A DNA stretch of 63,920 nt, filler included, from an uncultured Acidimicrobiia bacterium (GTDB lineage: Bacteria; Actinomycetota; Acidimicrobiia; Spongiisociales; JAOTWH01), in the NCBI GenBank assembly GCA_964347285.1. It is 4 parts of 4 records of this genome, joined end to end, with 100 filler letters (N's around TTAATTAATTAA, not from the genome) between each part and the next. Parts side by side here need not be neighbours in the genome. Positions count along the whole stretch, not along the records: positions 41,576 to 62,217 come from CAYFYE010000044.1; positions 62,318 to 63,920 come from CAYFYE010000184.1; 2 more parts are not named here. The stretch is one strand, 5' to 3'. This document shows, piece by piece, positions 60,350 to 63,920 of the stretch; within the stretch, counting starts at the first letter, position 1, and every line of letters begins with the position of its first letter. The notes beneath the pieces are model-generated. The model saw only the letters and a program-made list of their open reading frames with translations. It was not told the DNA's origin and made no database searches. The position numbers and the translations under genes were made by a program.

Positions 60350-61495
60350 TCAGCCCTCGCCGGCCAGATCGACGGCCCTCTCGGCCCCCTCGCGCATGTT
60401 GGCCGCCACGAGCACGTTCGCCGCTTCGGCTTCGGCCAGAATCCTCAGCCCCTCGGCGGCATTCGTGCCGTCGAGGCGCACCACCAACGGCCACGGCAGG
60501 TCGAGATGCTCCATCGCGTCGACGATGCCGGCGGCGACCAGATCGCAACGAACAATGCCTCCGAAGATGTTGATGAGGACGGTCCGCACCGACGGATCCT
60601 GGGTGAGCACTTCCAGCGCATCGGTGATCGTCTCCGCTCTCGCCCCCCCGCCCACATCGAGGAAGTTGGCGGCTGCGCCCCCGACGAGGTCGACCACGTC
60701 GAGCGTCGCCATGGCCAGGCCGGCGCCGTTGGCCATGATCCCCACCGTTCCTTCCAGCTTGATGAAGGCCAGATCGCGCTGGCGGGCCATCGCTTCGATG
60801 GGGTCGAGGTCGAAGGCGGCGCGGAATTCTTCGAAATCGGGGTGGCGGAAGAGGGCGTTGTCGTCGATGGTCACCTTGGCATCCAGGGCGACCACCTCCT
60901 CGTCGGCGGTCACCACCAGCGGGTTCACTTCGATCAGGTCGCAATCCAGCTGCACGAAGGCCCGGTACAGCTTGCCCAGGACGGCGACCGCCTCACGGGC
61001 GATGCCAGGGTCGAGGCCGGCCCGATATACCAGCTCCCTGGCCTGCCAGTTGCTGAGGCCCAGGACCGGATCGATGTGCAGCTTGGCCACTGCTTCGGGC
61101 GTCTCGGCGGCCACGGTCTCGATGTCGACTCCCCCTTGGGCGCTCACCATCCCCAGGTGCTTCTTGGCCGAGCGGTCGAGGGTGAACGAGGCGTAGTACT
61201 CGGCCTCGATGGCGGTGGCCCGCTCCACCCACACCCGGTGCACCGTATGGCCCCTGATGTCCATTCCCAGGATGGCTCCGGCATGAGCCGTTGCCTCTTC
61301 GGGGCCGGCGGCCAGTTTGATCCCGCCGGCCTTGCCCCGGCCCCCCACCTGAACCTGGGCCTTCACGACCACGGGGCCGCCCAGTTCCGCGGCGACCGTA
61401 CCGGCCTCGGCGGCGGTGCGGGCGATTCGGCCCTGGGGTACGGGGACGCCGAGCCGATCGAACAGCAACTTGCCCTGATACTCGAGGAGGTCCAC
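60350..61495 (-). CDS. sucC: succinyl-CoA synthetase beta subunit
   Basis: [55 protein letters not shown]. Confidence 0.97.
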   Translation of the reverse strand: MDLLEYQGKLLFDRLGVPVPQGRIARTAAEAGTVAAELGGPVVVKAQVQVGGRGKAGGIKLAAGPEEATAHAGAILGMDIRGHTVHRVWVERATAIEAEYYASFTLDRSAKKHLGMVSAQGGVDIETVAAETPEAVAKLHIDPVLGLSNWQARELVYRAGLDPGIAREAVAVLGKLYRAFVQLDCDLIEVNPLVVTADEEVVALDAKVTIDDNALFRHPDFEEFRAAFDLDPIEAMARQRDLAFIKLEGTVGIMANGAGLAMATLDVVDLVGGAAANFLDVGGGARAETITDALEVLTQDPSVRTVLINIFGGIVRCDLVAAGIVDAMEHLDLPWPLVVRLDGTNAAEGLRILAEAEAANVLVAANMREGAERAVDLAGEG

Positions 61496-61502
61496 CGCTT
61501 TC

Positions 61503-61895
61503 TTATCGCTCCGTCACGTGGGCGTGGACCCAGTCGGTGATCTCGAGGAGCGGAGTCCCCGGCGTGAAGATCTCGGCCAGCCCGGCGGCCTTGAGGGCCT
61601 CGATGTCGTCGTCGGGAATGATCCCACCCCCGAAGACGACGACGTCGTCGACACCCCGCTCCCTGAGCAGCTCCACCACCCGAGGAAACAGCGTCATGTG
61701 CGCCCCGGACAGCACCGACAGCCCAACCCCGCCGACATCTTCCTGGATGGCCGTTTCCACGATCTGCTCGGGAGTCTGATGCAGTCCCGAGTAAATGACC
61801 TCGACCCCGCTGTCACGAAGGGCACGGGCAATCACCTTGGCACCCCGGTCGTGGCCATCGAGACCCGGCTTGGCAATGAGGACGCGAATCGGCAT
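61503..61895 (-). CDS. cobalamin-binding small subunit of an acyl-CoA mutase (methylmalonyl/isobutyryl-CoA mutase)
   Basis: [30 protein letters not shown]. Confidence 0.93.
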   Translation of the reverse strand: MPIRVLIAKPGLDGHDRGAKVIARALRDSGVEVIYSGLHQTPEQIVETAIQEDVGGVGLSVLSGAHMTLFPRVVELLRERGVDDVVVFGGGIIPDDDIEALKAAGLAEIFTPGTPLLEITDWVHAHVTER

Positions 61896-62217
61896 GCCCT
61901 CGGAGGTTAGTGAGTCCGGTGATCCCCTTCGGCTCGTGGGACGTATCGCTCACTCACCCGGAGGGCTAGTTGTGATGCCCGCAGACCTCGTCGACACGCG
62001 GTCGGTCCTTCCGCCCAAGCCGCCTACCGATGAGATGCAGAGGGTGGCGACCAATAGTCGAGGCCGCGCGCGGAAGTGCCGATCCCGGATACTCGGCGGA
62101 ATGTGCGTTCGTGTCCCCGATTTGGTGATCGGCGCCACGGCGGGCAGGCCCCGGTGCTGGATCGACAGTCAGTGGTGGGGAATCGCGATGTGGCCCGCAG
62201 CTGCCAGCGGATGCGCC

Positions 62218-62317
62218 NNNNNNNNNNNNNNNNNNNNNNNNNNNNNNNNNNNNNNNNNNNNTTAATTAATTAANNNNNNNNNNNNNNNNNNNNNNNNNNN
62301 NNNNNNNNNNNNNNNNN
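62218..62317. other. artificial contig linker
   Basis: N-TTAATTAATTAA-N. Confidence 0.98.
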
Positions 62318-62419
62318 TGTCGCAAAGTAGTAGCACGCCCACGGCGGGTTGTCTAGAGGGAAATCCGGATTTTCTTGCCGAGCCCGCACCGAATTCGGCA
62401 GGAATGGCGAGCGCAGGGC

Positions 62420-62653
62420 CTAGGGCAGAGCCGTCCCCTGCTGATCGAGGGCGGCGTTGCGCTCCTCCAGTTCGGCGGTGACGTCGCGGGCGTAGGGAAC
62501 GACGCCAGTCGGCCCGCGTGCGGTGCTCTGGGAGAGGTCGGCGACCGGATCGCCGCTGGTCGTGGTTGGGACGTCGTCGCCGCCCCGGCCGCCACAGGCA
62601 CCGAGTGCCAGCATTCCGGCCAGCGCCACGGCCACCAGGCGGTTCTTGGTCAT
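62420..62653 (-). CDS. small lipoprotein of unknown function
   Basis: MTKNRLVAVALAGMLALGAC lipobox, 77 aa. Confidence 0.72.
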   Translation of the reverse strand: MTKNRLVAVALAGMLALGACGGRGGDDVPTTTSGDPVADLSQSTARGPTGVVPYARDVTAELEERNAALDQQGTALP

Positions 62654-62794
62654 TGAGCTCTCCCGGTCGATCCAGTCGTCTATCGGCACGGAGGGCGCCG
62701 AGATGAAGGGGGACCGGCTGTGCCGTACGCGCACCCGGCCGGCGAACTGGGCGCATCTCGAGGGCGCCGCGATGAAGAGAGTTGGTGCCCCGGC

Positions 62795-63130
62795 CTACGC
62801 CGGGACCGGGGCATCGATGGCCTCGGCCAGCTCTCGCAAACGGCTCGCCACGACCCGGTAGAACGCCCAGCGGCCCCGTTGCTCCCGTTCAACGAGGCCG
62901 GCTTCCGTCAGCAGCTTGAGGTGGTGGCTCACCGTCGGCTGACTGAGTCCGAGGGGCTCGGTGAGGTCGCACGTGCAGGCTTCGCCCGTTGCCGCAATGA
63001 TGTTGAGCAGGCGGAGTCGGGCCGGATCGGCGATGACTTTCAGGATGGCGGCCAGCTCGGCGGCCGCGGCCGGCTCGAGGCTCGGTCCCAAGACGGGTGG
63101 ACAGCAGGCATCGGTGGGGGCGGTGGTCAT
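62795..63130 (-). CDS. arsR: ArsR/SmtB family metalloregulator (actinobacterial ArsR type with N-terminal CC)
   Basis: ACCPP, ADPARLRLL, EACTCDL, LSQPTVSHHLK.L..AGL. Confidence 0.88.
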   Translation of the reverse strand: MTTAPTDACCPPVLGPSLEPAAAAELAAILKVIADPARLRLLNIIAATGEACTCDLTEPLGLSQPTVSHHLKLLTEAGLVEREQRGRWAFYRVVASRLRELAEAIDAPVPA

Positions 63131-63136
63131 GTCCTC

Positions 63137-63154
63137 ATATTGACATATATCGAT
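63137..63154 (-). promoter_or_regulatory. ArsR autoregulatory operator overlapping a leaderless -10 element
   Basis: imperfect palindrome ATTGACATATATCGAT at 63139-63154; CAATAT 6 nt before the ATG. Confidence 0.75.
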
Positions 63155-63185
63155 GAGCAGTGCACGTCTTCGGCGGCCGGCCCGC

Positions 63186-63887
63186 TCACACCCCGATGTC
63201 GGGAGACCAGTCCTCCGGGCCGGCGGCCCGGGGAACGGCGGCGCTGATGGCGACGGCGCCCTCGGGGACCTCGACGAAGCCCCCATCGGGCCAGATGCCG
63301 GCGGTCACGGCGACGCCGGCCCGTCCGTGGCCGGGCTCGCCCCACTCCACATAGTGCACGATGGCATCGGAGCTGCCGAAGTCGCCCGTGCGATAGAGAC
63401 CGATTTCTCCAGTGTCCTGCTTGAAGGTGCCCAGCGTGCCGGAGGCCGATACCACCGCGGTGACCGATGGACCAAGCGACCCTTCCAGGTCGGCGCCGTC
63501 GCCGGCGGCCACCCATACGGTCTCGCCCGGCTCGAGGGGGGTCGAAGGGATCTCGAAATAGAGGGGCCGCTGGCACAGCCAGTGGCCTCCCGGGTCGCCG
63601 GGGCCGTTGCCGACGTTGGTCACGGCGACATAGCCATTGTCGCCGAACACGACTTGGGTGAGGGCGAAGGCGGGGAAGGCGTCGGCCGGAGGCGGGACAG
63701 TGGTAGACGGTGTGGTCTGGGCCGGGGCAGTCGAGGTCGTCGTGGCGGCCGCGGTCTCGGACGGGGGGGTGGTGGTCTCCGGGGCCGCAGTGGCCGGCGG
63801 AGCAGCTGCAATGGTGGTGGCGGTTGCACCGTCGCCGCAGGCCGCGACCAAGAGCACCAGGGCCGTCGGTGCCAGCAGGCTCTTCAT
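63186..63887 (-). CDS. lipoprotein with Thr/Pro-rich linker and lamin-tail-like domain
   Basis: lipobox LVAAC; YVAVTNVG....D.GG.WL, LEPGETV.V, GEIGLY, VHYVEWG. Confidence 0.72.
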   Translation of the reverse strand: MKSLLAPTALVLLVAACGDGATATTIAAAPPATAAPETTTPPSETAAATTTSTAPAQTTPSTTVPPPADAFPAFALTQVVFGDNGYVAVTNVGNGPGDPGGHWLCQRPLYFEIPSTPLEPGETVWVAAGDGADLEGSLGPSVTAVVSASGTLGTFKQDTGEIGLYRTGDFGSSDAIVHYVEWGEPGHGRAGVAVTAGIWPDGGFVEVPEGAVAISAAVPRAAGPEDWSPDIGV

Positions 63888-63920
63888 GATCCCCGGACAT
63901 TAACTCGGAGTCCTTATCGC
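63866..63920 (+). repeat. 55-bp sequence identical to window positions 1-55
   Basis: exact match. Confidence 0.95.

Noticed and set aside
61896..62217. Coding fragment upstream of the B12-binding subunit gene
   Set aside because: No frame gives a recognisable protein; the contig end prevents a call.

Overview
High-GC bacterial chromosomal DNA, most consistent with an actinobacterium (WhiB protein, DevR/DosR-like regulator, UdgB, SigE with a zinc anti-sigma, many leaderless genes). An Acidimicrobiia-like metagenome bin is my inference only. The window is not one continuous locus. Four pieces (1-20728, 20829-41475, 41576-62217, 62318-63920) are joined by N-TTAATTAATTAA-N linkers, and there are two internal 100-N scaffold gaps. 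The last 55 bp are identical to the first 55 bp. Piece 1 holds a DosR/OsdR-type hypoxia cluster (heme-GAF kinase, regulator, USP, CBS-BON, ppdK, transporters, Pat-like acetyltransferase) running into a menaquinone cluster (menF, D, A, B, E). Piece 2 holds a split suf operon, a group-2 sigma factor, udgB, fumC and System I cytochrome c maturation genes with a diheme cytochrome c. Piece 3 holds pstB/phoU, a tatA-sigE-antisigma-RseB-like locus, whiB and a TCA region (sdhCAB, mdh, icd, sucCD) with rtcA, folD and a REP-like repeat. Piece 4 holds ArsR and two lipoproteins. I recognised no rRNA, tRNA, CRISPR, prophage or transposase. The best leads are: (i) a chimeric SigE/ZAS/MucA-like/RseB envelope-sensing module in a lineage not known to make LPS; (ii) a DosR-type regulon readable from correctly positioned boxes and apparently extending to menF; (iii) a membrane-anchored, catalytically degenerate Mrr-like protein; (iv) a small uORF coupled to ccmF. 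All family calls are by eye from motifs; no database search was run.
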